Of a DNA stretch of 64,000 nt, positions 24,327 to 37,367 are shown piece after piece. The notes beneath the pieces were generated by a model. It did no database searches and was not told the DNA's origin. It saw only the letters and a list, made by a program, of their open reading frames with translations. Made by a program: the position numbers and the translations under genes. The stretch's first letter is position 1. Each line of letters opens with the position of its first letter. The stretch spans positions 31,496,001 to 31,560,000 of the forward strand of contig NC_135656.1 in assembly GCF_964188315.1 (NCBI RefSeq), in the 5' to 3' direction. Origin of the DNA: Podarcis muralis (lineage: Eukaryota).

Positions 24327-24651
24327 GGGACGTGGGTGGCGCTGTAGGTTAAACCACAGAGCCTAGGACTTGTCGAATCCCCGCGACGGGGTGAGCTCCC
24401 GTTGTTCGGTCTCTGCTCCTGCCAACCTAGCAGTTCAAAAGCATGTCAAAGTGCTAGTAGATAAATAGGTATCACTCCAGTGGGAAGGAAAAGGCGTTTC
24501 CGTGCGCTGCTCTGGTTCGCCAGAAGCGGCTTAGTCATGCTGGCCACATGACCCGGAAGCTGTACGCCGGCTCCCTTGGCCAATAAAGCAAGAGGGCCGC
24601 AACCCCAGAGTCGATCACGACTGAACCTAATGGTCAGGGGTCCCTTTACCT
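24327..24651 (+). mobile_element. Sauria SINE, GGTCCC-tail subfamily, deletion in tRNA head
   Basis: 13-bp TSD TACACTAGCAGCA at 24311-24323 and 24652-24664. About 20 nt missing before TCGAATCC. Confidence 0.93.
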
Positions 24652-25184
24652 TACACTAGCAGCAGGTATTCCTGGCATCAGCTGGCGATGGCATGAATGC
24701 TCACAGGTCAAGCTGCAAGGAGCTGTTCCAATCAGTCTCCTTGCAGATGGTTCTAACAGCGATCCTCAGTCTCAAAAAGTGACAAGGGTGGGAATCAGAG
24801 AGAAATCCCTTTGGCATATAATGTATTCATCTATGGATTGTTGGGAAAGAGTCCCAAGTGAAATTTAGATTCCCAAGACATTTCCTCTTCACATGTTTGA
24901 GAATGCGCTATCAATAAATGGTATCACTGCAAAAGCTGGATTTCCTAAGCCACCACTTGGCAATTCTTCCCTGTTGAGTCAGGGACAGGATGCTTGCGGC
25001 CCCTAAATGTTGTTGAACTGCCTGCTCCCATCAGTCCCAGCCAGCACTAAGCAAGTGCTGTAGTCCAGCAACATTTGGAGGCCTTGGATGTTTAAGCCCC
25101 ATTTCCCCCTACCACACACCCACTGCTCACAGCAAGCTTGGAAGAACTTTGACGAGGAGGCGAAAACCATGTCAGTTTCAATAT

Positions 25185-25190
25185 TTTATT
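25185..25190 (-). terminator. Probable ARHGDIA polyadenylation signal (3' UTR ~1.4 kb)
   Basis: TTTATT on + (AATAAA on -) at the end of a UTR-like tract downstream of the stop at 26592. Confidence 0.65.
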
Positions 25191-26591
25191 TTACCGTCAG
25201 AAAAGGGGAAGCTGATGATTCCAAATCTGTTACTCCAGATCTTTAGATTTACAGACAAAAACGCATCAAATCAATTTAACCCCAAAAAAGAATAATTCCT
25301 GCAAGGGACGGAGTGGGGAAGAGGAGTCGGGGGCAGAGACGTAGCTATGAAAGAGAACCGCGCACACACATACGCTTGGTCCCAGTTCTAACACAAGTTT
25401 GGGACTCGCAATAGCCCCGCTGAGTTGGGCTGCTGAGCTGGAACGTGCCCACCTGACAAAACAGAGAGCAGGCCCCGCGAGGCCTCGTCTTTCCACGCCA
25501 GTGGGGTTTCTACGGGGGGGGGGGGGGCAGGGCTGTCCGGGCATCATGAAGGAGAAGCATCTAATCAAGGCAATAATAAATACTGACAGGCCAGGCACAT
25601 GATTTCAAAGGCAGAACAGATACATAAGGCATTCACTGCTCTCGAATATTTGTCCATAGCAAGCTCTTTTGTTCGGATCAGGTGAGGAGCAGCTGAGCTG
25701 GGCCAATCCTTCTTCCAGCCCTGAAACCCAGGGACTGCCCTGGGACTGCAGGGCTTTGCAGCCAGTTTAGGTGTGACAGAACTAAGATGGAGATGACAGT
25801 GGCACTCGTAACTTCCACGCCCACCAACAGGCCCCACCTCCCTAGCTGGAAGCAAGCGCTTCTCTGGCCACAGGGAGCCTGTAAGGGTAGCAGCTTAAGC
25901 CCTAGGAGACATCAGCCTCAGCAGGGGGATGGTCTGGCCAGAAGATGCAAAATCAGGAGGAGGGAGGGGTATGTGTGGGGGACAGGACAGGAGCACTTAT
26001 AAAAAAGTGTAACAAGGTCGGGGGGGGCCCTCCCTGGAGGATGTATGTTACACACATTAAGGCATCATGGTTACAGGAAACCATCACAAATGGAAAGCCG
26101 ACCCACGTCTCCGGAGGAGAAGGGGCAGGCCATGAACATGATTGAGCCTGGAAACAATTTGGGGGGGGGACGGGGGGGGCAGCAGGCAGTTCCCAGCTCT
26201 GCATGGAATCGATTCCTCAGCACCTTGCCCATCACCCAGAGACAGGAGTGCCTCCGAATCCTCTCCCCTGCAGGCAGGAATGTTGCTTCCCCTTCAGCAC
26301 CTGCCTGAAATGTATTAAGAGTGGGTCAGAAGCAGCAGACCTCGTAATCGGGAGGCCAGAGAAAGGAGAGGGAGCACGTCCACCTCTGCGCTTGGGCCAG
26401 ACAGTGCAGGTTTGGTCAATTTCTTTCAGTGATTCTTGGGAGGAAATATGTGGGGCGCTGAGCCAAAAGGTCTTCCTGATGAGCTGGGGAAGGGGGGAAG
26501 GGTATCCAATGCCAGCACTTTGGTACAGGGTGGGGGGGTTTTCTACTGTAGCCGCTGTCTGAGCAACTCTCAGGATTTGGCTAGGGAAGGG

Positions 26592-26791
26592 CTAATCCTT
26601 CCACTCCTTCTTGATGTTCAGGTTCCACTCCCAGGAAAGGTGGTCTGTCTTGTCGTCGTCTGTAAATTTGGATCGGATGTTGTAGCTGCCCCGAGCCAGC
26701 ATGCCCTTGGGGGCTTCCTCCATGGGAGTCAGGAACTCGTAGTCCTCGGCACGTGGCCCGTAGCTCCCAACCATGTAGTCAGTCTTGTCAA
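26592..26791 (-). CDS. ARHGDIA: Rho GDP-dissociation inhibitor 1, last coding exon
   Basis: Acceptor TTCTAG|TT. Encodes (I)[65 protein letters not shown]. 200 nt. Confidence 0.98.
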
Positions 26792-27145
26792 CTAGAAGGA
26801 GAAAAAACACAGACACAATACGTGAACCAGAAGATTTGAAATACGCCAATGACCCTCCAAAGAGTTTTTGTGGGGAGAGAGAAGAGCCAGCCTTCCAAAC
26901 CCATTGGAATCGCTCGCTACTGCCGCCTGCATGGTTGGCATTCAAGCGGAAGCAACGCATCCTCTGTATCAGCTCAAACACCAAGTTCTAGTTTTATGAG
27001 GTAATGTTTCAAACTAGAAGTTAATAGAACGCCTCTGAAAAACCATTGTGAAGCCCCCCCCCTCTTTTTTTTGCTTCGTAAAAAGCAAATGAAAGGTATG
27101 GGGTCCACTGCACATGACACCCCCCCCACACTCCTTGACACTTAC

Positions 27146-27209
27146 TTTTTACTCCTTTCCTGAATGTGTGCTGAATATACTTCAACCCCGAAACAATCTC
27201 TTTGTGCAC
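27146..27209 (-). CDS. ARHGDIA: ARHGDIA coding exon (64 nt)
   Basis: AG|GTGCAC...AAAA|GTAAGT. Encodes VHKEIVSGLKYIQHTFRKGVK. Confidence 0.98.
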
Positions 27210-27328
27210 CTAAATAGACAGAGAATTCCATCAGCCAACATGCACTTTTCTCTGACACATAAAATCCTAAAGGCCAGAGCAATGTGCTTAGCGAACCGAA
27301 GGCTGACCAATATGACAAAAGACCTCAC

Positions 27329-27405
27329 CCGAAAGGAGATTTTTAGCTGGTATTCAACACCTTCCTTCAGCACAAAGCACTGCTTCTTGAAACTCTCCAG
27401 GTCAC
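27329..27405 (-). CDS. ARHGDIA: ARHGDIA coding exon (77 nt)
   Basis: CAG|GTGAC...CGG|GTGAGG. Encodes GDLESFKKQCFVLKEGVEYQLKISFR. Confidence 0.98.
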
Positions 27406-27489
27406 CTGAATAGCAAGGAGAAGGAAGGAATCAAAGACAGGCAAACTTTCCACTAAGAGTTTTAAAGCAAAGAGCAGCAGATTGATTTC

Positions 27490-27765
27490 TATGTACTATT
27501 AGCATACAAAGCCCTTAACAACTTGGGACCAGTTTACCTACGAGATCCCTTTACTCCACATGTGCCCATTTGATTACTTAGGATTGGCGCTACTGTGGGA
27601 GCCACATAATACCCGTTCCTCATTTTTAAGAACTCGATTGTTTAGTGTGGCAGCACCTGCCCTTTGGAACTCCCTGCCTATTGAGGTCAAGCATTTGCCT
27701 TCACTGTACTCTTTTTGGTGCCTGCTAAATACATTCTGGTTTAGACAAGCCTACCCAGATGCTTA
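27490..27765 (+). mobile_element. L2-clade LINE RT 3' end fragment in an ARHGDIA intron
   Basis: Reads RLFSVAAPALWNSLPIEVKHLPSLYSF...LNTFWFRQAY. Confidence 0.75.
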
Positions 27766-27825
27766 GAAATCTGGTTTAGCGTTTTAAATTTTATATGTTG
27801 TGAATGATTCACGATATCATTGTTT

Positions 27826-28018
27826 NNNNNNNNNNNNNNNNNNNNNNNNNNNNNNNNNNNNNNNNNNNNNNNNNNNNNNNNNNNNNNNNNNNNNNNNNNN
27901 NNNNNNNNNNNNNNNNNNNNNNNNNNNNNNNNNNNNNNNNNNNNNNNNNNNNNNNNNNNNNNNNNNNNNNNNNNNNNNNNNNNNNNNNNNNNNNNNNNNN
28001 NNNNNNNNNNNNNNNNNN
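27826..28018. other. Assembly gap (193 N)
   Basis: Run of N. ARHGDIA phases close without needing an exon here. Confidence 1.
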
Positions 28019-28880
28019 CTTGAACACACTCTAGCTTAAATCACTACTGGCACTACCTTGACTGACAGCACCCATGCATCCTTCTAGCCATGGAGAGTCA
28101 AAGCACGACCAGAATGAAAGAACACCAGAATGCCACAAGCCTAAACTGATGTCTGCTGTCCAGTTCAGACAATCCAAAGGCACGTATACTAGGCCATTTT
28201 GCAGGCTATTCAGCTGGCACTGCAGCACTCGGTAAAATGGCTGGGTTTGCACTGAGTCCTACCGTAGTCTAATATTTCCTTCTGTCCAAAAAGAAAGAAA
28301 AAGAGAATTGTGCATTCAGGTCCAGACTGTTTTTTCCTCTGGCAACCTGCTTATTCCAGCTGGTAGCTCTGCCACAACTCTGCAAACTGCACTCTCTCCT
28401 AGCCAAAGTCTGGCAGACCTTTCCCAGAATGCAAAGGTGCAGATGTGAAATGAGGCATATGCCTTTGTTGGGTGCCTGCTCTACCACTGGACCGGTAGGC
28501 TGTCTGAACAGCCAAATATAAATTTGGCTGCTCTGAAACTAAGAATTAGTCTATCTCATGGATCATTGCTGAGCCCTAAGATGACTTTAACACATGCCTA
28601 TTCTGTAATAGGCAAGACGAGCCTTAAACCACATCACAGCAGCAACTGTGCAGGAAAAACTCTCTTCAAATGGCTCTCATATCTGGCAATGACCTCTTCT
28701 CTATCAAAACTGGGTGCAAAGCAAATGCTATAGGGCGAAACTCTGTGTAGTAGTAGATGTTTGAATAGGGCTGGCTATCTGCAGTGAGAATGCAATGTAT
28801 TGAGATAGAAAGATCCTCTGGTGAGCCAGTCTAGCCTACCTGTACAGGACCGATCATATATTCTGACTTAACCCACTCAC

Positions 28881-28964
28881 CTGTGAGGTCCAACTCCAAG
28901 GGTCCAGGAGCAGTAGCGCAGACCAAAGTCAGTTTTGTTACCACCACGTTTGGAGTGCTGGGAT
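28881..28964 (-). CDS. ARHGDIA: ARHGDIA coding exon (84 nt)
   Basis: TTTCAG|ATCCC...ACAG|GTGAGT. Encodes [28 protein letters not shown]. Confidence 0.98.
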
Positions 28965-29541
28965 CTGAAAGAGAAGATGAGGCATAAATACTAGAGAGTA
29001 AGAAGACCAGCCCTTAAGTATCTCATTTGATAGCTGCAGGCATGGGCTGAGAGCAGAGCAGCAAAAAAGCATGGCAAGTATGGATCCACCAATGTACTGC
29101 GCAGCAGTCAACAAACCTGCAACCTGGTGAGCCTTTAGGTTGTATCCAATTCAACTGCCCCATTAAGGACCTCTGCCTGTGCAATTGGGCTTGTTCTCCC
29201 TCCTTTCTCCCCATGCACCTCCATTCTGGGTTTTCCACCACCACCTCTGCTGAGCGAATTTGGGGAGACTGAAGGGAAGTCTTATTGTGCAGGCCAAAGT
29301 CCTTGTGCTAACAGGTCAACTTCACTGGGTACAACCCTTTGTGTCTAAGTTTACTTAATGTTCTCTTCACAATTGGACTGTACTGAAAGCCACAAGTGGA
29401 TCCCAAAACTGAGATTAAGAGAAAAGCTTTGTGCCTTTAACTCTCATGGTTCCCTGGTCCCTATAGTTTCCCACCCCCTACCCGCCTACCAGTACCTCTA
29501 CTTATTCCCCATCATCTCAGGTGCTCCCCAAAAAAGTAATT

Positions 29542-29671
29542 NNNNNNNNNNNNNNNNNNNNNNNNNNNNNNNNNNNNNNNNNNNNNNNNNNNNNNNNNNN
29601 NNNNNNNNNNNNNNNNNNNNNNNNNNNNNNNNNNNNNNNNNNNNNNNNNNNNNNNNNNNNNNNNNNNNNNN
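29542..29671. other. Assembly gap (130 N)
   Basis: Run of N inside an ARHGDIA intron. Confidence 1.
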
Positions 29672-29967
29672 TTTACTCCTGACTTAGTTCTGCTTACAAA
29701 CCTGTAGAGTTTATTCAAAGTCTAAAGTTCCAGTTTGCAGAGACAATTCCCCCCTCCAAGACCATGGATTTCAGGACTGGGCAACTCCCAAGCTTCTTTC
29801 CTCAGGACCTCAGCTCTTGGCTTAGACCAGATGGTTTCCATACCACATCCAAATGGAAGAGGGCCAAATACTTTTGGAGAAGCATGCATGTGTGAGAAAG
29901 CGGGGCAGGTTTCAGAAGGCCTGCTTCCCTCACACAGTAGGCCCAAATACGTCCTCCAGGGACTCAC

Positions 29968-30157
29968 CAACAGCGATGGCAACATTTCCCAACAGGGCCT
30001 CCTTGTACTTGCGTAAACTCTCATCATCCTTGTCCAGTTCCTGAATCTCCTGGATGCTCTTCTGGGCAGGGGGCTTGTAGTTGACAGAGTGCTCGTCCTC
30101 CTCATTTTCAGCTGCAATCTGGGCCAGCTGTTCGGGGGTAGGCTCTTGTTCAGCCAT
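29968..30157 (-). CDS. ARHGDIA: ARHGDIA first coding exon (190 nt coding; exon starts at 30172)
   Basis: Encodes MAEQEPTPEQLAQIAAENEEDEHSVNYKPPAQKSIQEIQELDKDDESLRKYKEALLGNVAIAV. Donor G|GTGAGT. Total CDS 615 nt = 204 aa. Confidence 0.98.
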
Positions 30158-31951
30158 TTCTGCAACTATGACCTATTTGTGGGGGGGAGAGGAGAGAAGG
30201 AAGGGACACAAACAAGCACATTAGCTACGGCAACTTGGCTAGAAACCACAATGTCTGCAAGGGGAAAACCCTTGCCAAAGCTCAAGGGAATTCCCCAGGT
30301 GCTGTAATCCTTTAACTTTCTGAGATTTTTGTCTTGGTGCACAGAATTCCTGAAGGAATTAAAGGCGCAGAGACGGAGGTTCCTAGCTGATATGCTCCCC
30401 TCCTCCTCCTCAAAAGAGGCACCACGGGATGTGAACCTTTGCACTTTGCCCCCTGCTGCTGAAGTTAAAGAGCTTCATTGCCAGATAGATGTTCTGTTCC
30501 ACCTCACTCAAGAGCTGGAAGGAAGGGAATCAACCGAGTGACAAGCTTGCTGCTCCACCCTAGTCTTTATCACTGCATGCTAGCTCCATTAGCCAAATTC
30601 TGCCCCATACAAGCCAACGGCCCCCCAACTCACACAGCAGGCAGGCTAGGGTTGGCAGCACCTGCTGCCCGTCTGAAAGAGAAATGAAGCCAACGCTAAA
30701 CAAAGGCAGCAAAGGTGGCGGCTGCTCTTGGCTGGGGTGGGCAGGCAGAGGGAGCAGTCATGGAGTGAGGTGGGGTAAGCTTCCTCCAGGCTCTCTCAGG
30801 ACAGCGAATAGGAAGCTATTATGGTAACCATGGTTAAAGGAGCCTGCTCTCATTATAAAACCCGGTTCAGACACTCCCAACTCCTCCGCAGGCTACAAAA
30901 AGCCCTTTGAAGTTGCAACTCATCCCAGGGGGCTCCCTGGAAAGGTTAGAAATGATCTGAGGTGGTGTTCTCAAGCAACAGGGTTTCAAAGGCCTTGGAA
31001 TTTTCCTTTTGTGCTGTTGGCAACCAGCAAGCTCGGGCCTCTTGTCTTTTTTTAAATAAATAAAAATGGTGGTTCGGGGGAAGTAGCTGTTCTGCTGCCA
31101 CCAATTTTCTCCCTCTTGTGCCTCTCCTCTCCTCTCCTCGGATTCACTTTGCATAAATATGCAGAGGTCAGAACAAGGGCTAAAATCATGCCAACAGCCA
31201 CTACGCAGATGCTAAAAGGACCCAATGAGGGGAGAGTGGAGTGCACTTGAAACCTGGAACAAACTCCACACTAACCAAACTGATTAGTTGTGGACGGCCT
31301 GTTGCTTCCAAAGTACAATCTCATTTGAATAGCGTGAAGAGGGAGCAAGACCAGGCCCTGAGGAGCTGTGACAAACAATAAGTTGAAGCGAAGCCAGGTC
31401 TTTTGTCTCAAAGCATCACAAACGGGAAAAGAGCATCAGGATGCCAGATGAATCCTGCTAAACATGTTTTTTTTAATAAAAAAAACAACTTTGGCACTTT
31501 ATTATGAAATCTTATTGGGTAACAAGGCAGAAAACAATATACCCCCCCCCCAGTGAGCTTTCAAAGGTCTTCTCTGCTCATAAAAAGCTGCATATAAAGC
31601 AACGGACATTGGGCCTATCTAGTTCAGGGCAGCCTACACTGACTGGAAGCAGTTCTGCAGGGGTTTTTAAGCCTGTGGTCTTCCCCAGCTCTGCTATGGA
31701 AATGAGTCAGGGACTTTTTGCATGTTCTCCACCGCTGAGATATGGCTCTTGAGTCTAGCCCAGCCCCCGACTGTGCTCTGAAGTTTGTGTACCTCCAAAT
31801 TTCAGGACCAGACACCTGGCTGTAGGAACTGCCTCAACAACAGCAGTATTTGCTACTTAATTCCTCTTTGAGTGAAGCACCCGATCTTGGATGAAGCAGC
31901 AAATCTCAAACTGGGCAAAAGTATGCCAAAGTCAATCAAAACTGTACAGTA

Positions 31952-32191
31952 CAGTCGTACCTTGGATCCCAAACGCCTTGGTACTTGGACGTTTTGGCTA
32001 CCAAACACTGCAAACCCGGAAGTGAGTGTTCCGGTTTGCGAATGTTCATTGGAACCCAAACGTCTGGTGTGGCTTCCACTTGGCTGCAGGAGCTTCCTGC
32101 AGCCAAACAGAAGTCGCGCTTTGGTTTCCAACGTTTTGGAAGTTGAACGGACTTCCAGAACAGATTTTGTTCGACTTCCAAGGTACAACTG
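31952..32191. mobile_element. Tc1/mariner-type MITE
   Basis: TIRs CAGTCGTACCTTGG / CCAAGGTACAACTG with flanking TA. Confidence 0.85.
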
Positions 32192-33644
32192 TATTTCAAT
32201 TTTCAGGAAGATTTCTCTGCCCTTGTATTTGATGGAGAACAAATGAAAATGGGGACAGAAATGTTTTTTCACTAATTATTCAATCAGGTAACGGACAGCA
32301 GTTCTGGAAGGGATTTGTTCATGCGGCTTACAATGTATCTGATGTTTTATGATGTCATAATACGATGTCATAATAATTTTTCTAACCTTGGCACAAGCAG
32401 TGTTAGAAACTAAAATATATAAGCTAGGTGCCATACGGCTCCTTAAACCAAGGTTACAGTTGCCAAAACGGAATGTCTAGTTGACATTTTTTGGGCAAGA
32501 CGGCTCTAAAGTCTTATTTTTCAAACGACAGACTGACTGTGATTGATTATTAGTTAAACATCTGGCTAGTTCGGATTACATTCTTGAGCTAGGTTAGAAG
32601 CTTTGTGAACTTACAAGAAGAAAAACACTTTATTTAGAGACAGTCCAGATATATATTGGCGTAATCCTACCTCTTTTTCTTAATGGTGACATGGACCATT
32701 CATAACATACGAACATTATTCACAACTGTGAGCAGGGTAAGTGAAGACAATCTACAACAAATTAACTATAATGTCGTTCACTGCTCCTGTTCACGTTGTA
32801 GAGAAAACATTTCGGTTCCTGAAATTCATTCTGATTGTGCAAATAAAATATAACCAATAGAATTGTACAGGATGGGGTATTAGTATGTGAAAACAGTCAA
32901 GATCCAAGGATCCCCAGGCATGCACCTCCAGATGGTGATGTCAAGCGCCATCCTGTCACTCAGGCATCTTCACTTGGTTGCAAGTGGCCGACAATCAGAT
33001 GCAAAATGCACCTGGCAAATTTTGTACAATGGCCACAAGTCTCCTTGCTTATCCTGCTGAAACAGATATTAACACAGCTACCTCTCTAGAAAATGAAGCT
33101 TATGGGTCGTTGTTGTTTTTAACAATTGAGAGTAGAAATGCCAGGATTTCGATCAACTAACCAGGACTCAGCACAGCTGGAACAACTTTTTATTGGAAGG
33201 AAGAACTCCACAAAGATGGCTCAATGTGCAAAACTGTATCCTCTATCAACTGGGAAAGTACAACACATCACATAGGATGATCTGTGGCTTCCATCCGCAA
33301 GCATGCGTAACTCTCAAAGGGGAAGGCAGACGTGGAAGGAACACTCCGAAGGGCAAACTGCATCCATCAGAAAACTCAACTATGTTTGTAACATAGGCCA
33401 CTTCTGCACCAGACATATAAAGTATGATTACACCACCTTAACATTTGGTCCTTCCTACAAAGGGCTCTGGGAACTGCAGTTTGTTTAGGATGCTAAGAGC
33501 TGCTTTCCTCCTTTGCAGAGGTATAATACTCACAACTTCCTGAGAAGAGGGACTGGCTGTTAAACCACTCTGGGAATTGTAACTCTGGTTCCCAGAATTC
33601 TTTGGAAGAACCACATAAAAGAGGTTTAGTATGGTGCAGATGTT

Positions 33645-34006
33645 GGGACGCGGGTGGCGCTGTGGGTAAAACCTCAGTGCCTAGGACCTGCCGATCACAT
33701 GGTCGGCGGTTCGAATCCCCGTGGTGGGGTGCGCTCCCGTCGTTTGGTCCCAGCGCCTGCCAACCTAGCAGTTCGAAAGCACTCCCGGGTGCAAGTAGAT
33801 AAATAGGGACCGCTTCCAGCAGGAAGGTAAACGGCGTTTCTGTGTGCTGCGCTGGCTCGCCAGATGCAGCTTTGTCACGCTGGCCACGTGACCCGGAAGT
33901 GTCTCCGGACAGCGCTGGCTCCCGGCCTCTAGAGTGAGATGAGCGCACAACCCTAGAGTCTGTCAAGACTGGCCTGTACGGGCAGGGGTACCTTTACCTT
34001 TACCTT
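33645..34006 (+). mobile_element. Sauria SINE, GGTACC-tail subfamily, full length
   Basis: 14-bp TSD TATGGTGCAGATGT at 33630-33643 and 34007-34020. Close to 23061-23422. Confidence 0.95.
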
Positions 34007-34784
34007 TATGGTGCAGATGTGGCCTCCGTGACTATCTCTATGTCTTCAGTATAAAGAAACGCTTGCTTCTCCATAGCAAGTCTCCTCGATTTAAGCTTAT
34101 TTCAAAGAGACTGATGTGGTTGTTCTACCTGAGTCCTTGAAAAGGCGCAAGTACTGATTTAGGGAGGCTAGGTATTACATGGACACAAACAAGTGCTCCA
34201 GACTTCTCATAAACACTGACATTTGCTGAGGTACATGTGTTGTGAAAGGGCAGGGCTTCAATCTTTGTACTAGAGCAGTCTTAACTACTACTACGATTTA
34301 AAGTTGACTGAACAAACACACTGACCCCTCACCTTTCACAGGGGAGAGAGAGAGTCAAAAGGCAGAGATTTCCAAGATACCAGGCAGCCAATACAAACAG
34401 CCTTCTTCATAAATATTCAGTAGCAAGGCATCAGCCAACATGTTCCTAAGCCAAGACAACTATGTTGAAATGAGCAACTAGGCACGCCCCACTTCAGAAG
34501 CTGTGTTAGAAACTCAGATATGTAAGATAGGCACCAAGTGGCTCCTTAAACCAAGGTTGCAAAATTCACCCGGAGCCTGTCTAATTTTGAACACTGTTCA
34601 CAAAACCAAGGATAAGGAATGGGAAATGACCTGGGGCAGTTACCTTCCAGAGGAGGAACACCAACCCAAATTGCCCCTGTCCCTCCTTGCATCATAGAAC
34701 TGCAAAACATACTTCAGCAATCTTCAAAAAAATTCCAGGAACTGAGGGAGACCTTCCTTGGAATAAAAGGTGTAGGAAAAACTA

Positions 34785-35025
34785 CAGTGGTACCTCAGGT
34801 TACATACGCTTCAGGTTACATACGCTTCAGGTTACAGACTCCACTAACCCAGAAATATTACCTCGGGTTAAGAACTTTGCTTCAGGATGAGAACAGAAAT
34901 CGTGCTCCAGCGGCGTGGCGGCAGCAGGAGGCCCCATTAGCTAAAGTGGTGCTTCAGGTTAAGAACAGTTTCAGGTTAAGAACAGACCCCAGAACGAATT
35001 AAGTTCTTAACCTGAGGTACCACTG
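34785..35025. mobile_element. Tc1/mariner-type MITE
   Basis: Perfect 18-bp TIR CAGTGGTACCTCAGGTTA / TAACCTGAGGTACCACTG with flanking TA. Internal TCAGGTTACATACGCT tandem. Confidence 0.92.
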
Positions 35026-35929
35026 TATACCAAGGAAGGGGAGTTGTGTGTAATCTGAAGGCTACACAGAAAAAAGCAGTTGTCTGCCCCCGCCTTGGGA
35101 GTTGTTTTCTTGTGTGCACAGAGGGTCCTCAAGGGGGAAGCTGTTGGCGAGAAGCATTTTCCTCGCTCCAGCTGGAGTGCCCCTTTAAGGCACAGCAGCT
35201 GGCTGTCAGGACTGGAAGTATAAAATGATGAAGCCCTGCCCTACCACTGGAAAGCAGAAATGCCCCTCCCCTTCCAATCAGGAAGCTGGCTCGCTCCCCA
35301 AGGGTGTGACCACATGCCTTAGACGTTACTGAAGAGCTGCTGCCACTGGCACAGCTCAGCTGCTTTCCTATGTGGGTTAGGCCCACTTACAGGCTTCTGC
35401 CTACATCCCACTTCTTTCCCCCTAAAGGCAGCCAAGAAGCAATTTATTGGGGGGGGGGAGGAGAGAGACTATCAGAAGTACCTATTATACCACCCACGCT
35501 AGCATCATGCAGTCCCAAGTTGTGCTGCTAGGCTCACTGTTGTCCCTGCTTCCACCCCAACCCCGTTAAAAGCAGCTAGTAGAATTCATGTGCAGTCTCA
35601 TGAAAAATTCCCTGCCATACACAAACACAGCCACACACCACCTCCAATCCTGGAACCGACATCCACATTACAAGTATTGCTGCAGAGCGAGAACCTTGCC
35701 ATCTTTTATGCACCCCAGAAAACCAAGTGAGGTACACAGCAATAGCAGCAATTATGAAATACAGGGATCGGGGCAATACACACTGAAGTAACCTTGTTAA
35801 TAAACCCACAAGCCTACAAAAAAATGTTAATAGCGTGTGGGTGTCTTCCCTCCTCTGGCAGTCCAAGGGGCTTTTGTGATGGGCACAGAAGAGGGATGTT
35901 GTGACTCTCCCATTCACTTGCCTGCATGC

Positions 35930-37367
35930 AATTCCTTGTTGCCTATGACGACCCAATTAATGCAAGGCTGCACTACAGAAAAGAGTCAGGCAGACAATGG
36001 GTCCACTTGGAGAGAGACACCATCGAAAACATCCCCACAACAGCATACCCATTTCTCCAAAACAAACTGAAGAAAATCCCCACAACACAGGTTCACACAG
36101 AAGAAAAAAGTAGGCAAACTATCCCAATCCCCCTGGCCCACCACCCACATATTACAACACGCAGCACAAAACCTCCAGATAAAAACCTGGCACTGTCTAA
36201 AAGACTTCTATGAAAACGACAAACCCATACCAAAACAAGAAATACAAGCCAAACTAGGGGACACGGAAATACCTTGGCTACCACACCATCAACTACATGC
36301 CTTCTTAAACAATCCAGCAGTAAAATCAGCAGCGACTAGGCCCTTGATCACCTTCAAAAACCTTCTCCTGGCAGCAGAGGGACATGGCAAAGGGATGGTA
36401 TTCACAATATACAAAATACTGCTCCAAAACCCCACAAACTCCCTTAACGCAATCAAAGAGCAATGGGAGCATGACATAGGCTATGAAATTAACTCCACCC
36501 AATAGACTAGTATGTGGTCTAAACCTCCCTTTAAATCCGTATCAGCCAAAAGAAGGGAACTCACTCTGAAACTCACCTACAGGTAGTACTTAACACCACA
36601 GAAACTGGTGCTGATACGCCCAGGAACCTCACCAAGACGTTGGAGAGGTTGCACCTCCACAGGCACATACCTCCACATGTGGTGGGAATGCCCTAAAATC
36701 CAACCCTTCTGGACAGCAGTCCTACAAGAGATAGGCAAAATAACTAAACAGGTATTAGAACGCACCCCAGAACTGGCGCTACTGAACATCTTCCAAGATC
36801 ATAATGACCACTCACATACAGAGCTTATATCCCACCTACTCTCAGCAGCCAGAAGCCTCATAGCCAGACACCGGAGAGACCTGTCTGGAGTAAACATGGA
36901 CCAATGGTATCAAATTGTATGAGAAAAGGCCTTACTAGAAAAGCTAACCGAAAAACTGAAACTGACACAGGGGCAAATAGAAGAGGATGCCTTCACCCCA
37001 GTATGGCTCCCCTTTATCACATACACAGCCCAACAAGACAAGAAGAACCCACTGACAGAATAACGAATCAGTCTGGCTTACCCGACCCAACAAGCCCTCT
37101 CCCCACCTCACAAATGCAAACAAACCCCACTGCAGCCAACCATAGCCACCAACCACACCCTGCCCCCCAATACCTCTCACTACCAAGGAAATGTAATAAA
37201 CAAATAGAAAGAGAACCTACCCAGTTGATTCTGACATAAAACCCCACACGTACACTGTATAAAAGAACATAAGCCTCACCACCCCACCCCTCTTCTCCCC
37301 AACCTTTGTCTCACAACAAATGTAACTGATTTGTAAGAAAGGCAAATCTTTAATAAAAATAAATTTA
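35930..37367 (+). mobile_element. Degraded L1-clade LINE 3' portion in ARHGDIA intron 1
   Basis: Interrupted ORF2 C-terminal motifs (KEQWEHDIG; GTYLHMWWECPKIQPFWTAV). AATAAA near 37352. Confidence 0.8.

Noticed and set aside
27800-29718. X-rich ORFs, and possible missing ARHGDIA exons in the gaps
   Set aside because: Artefacts of N runs. The ARHGDIA CDS is complete at 615 nt without them.
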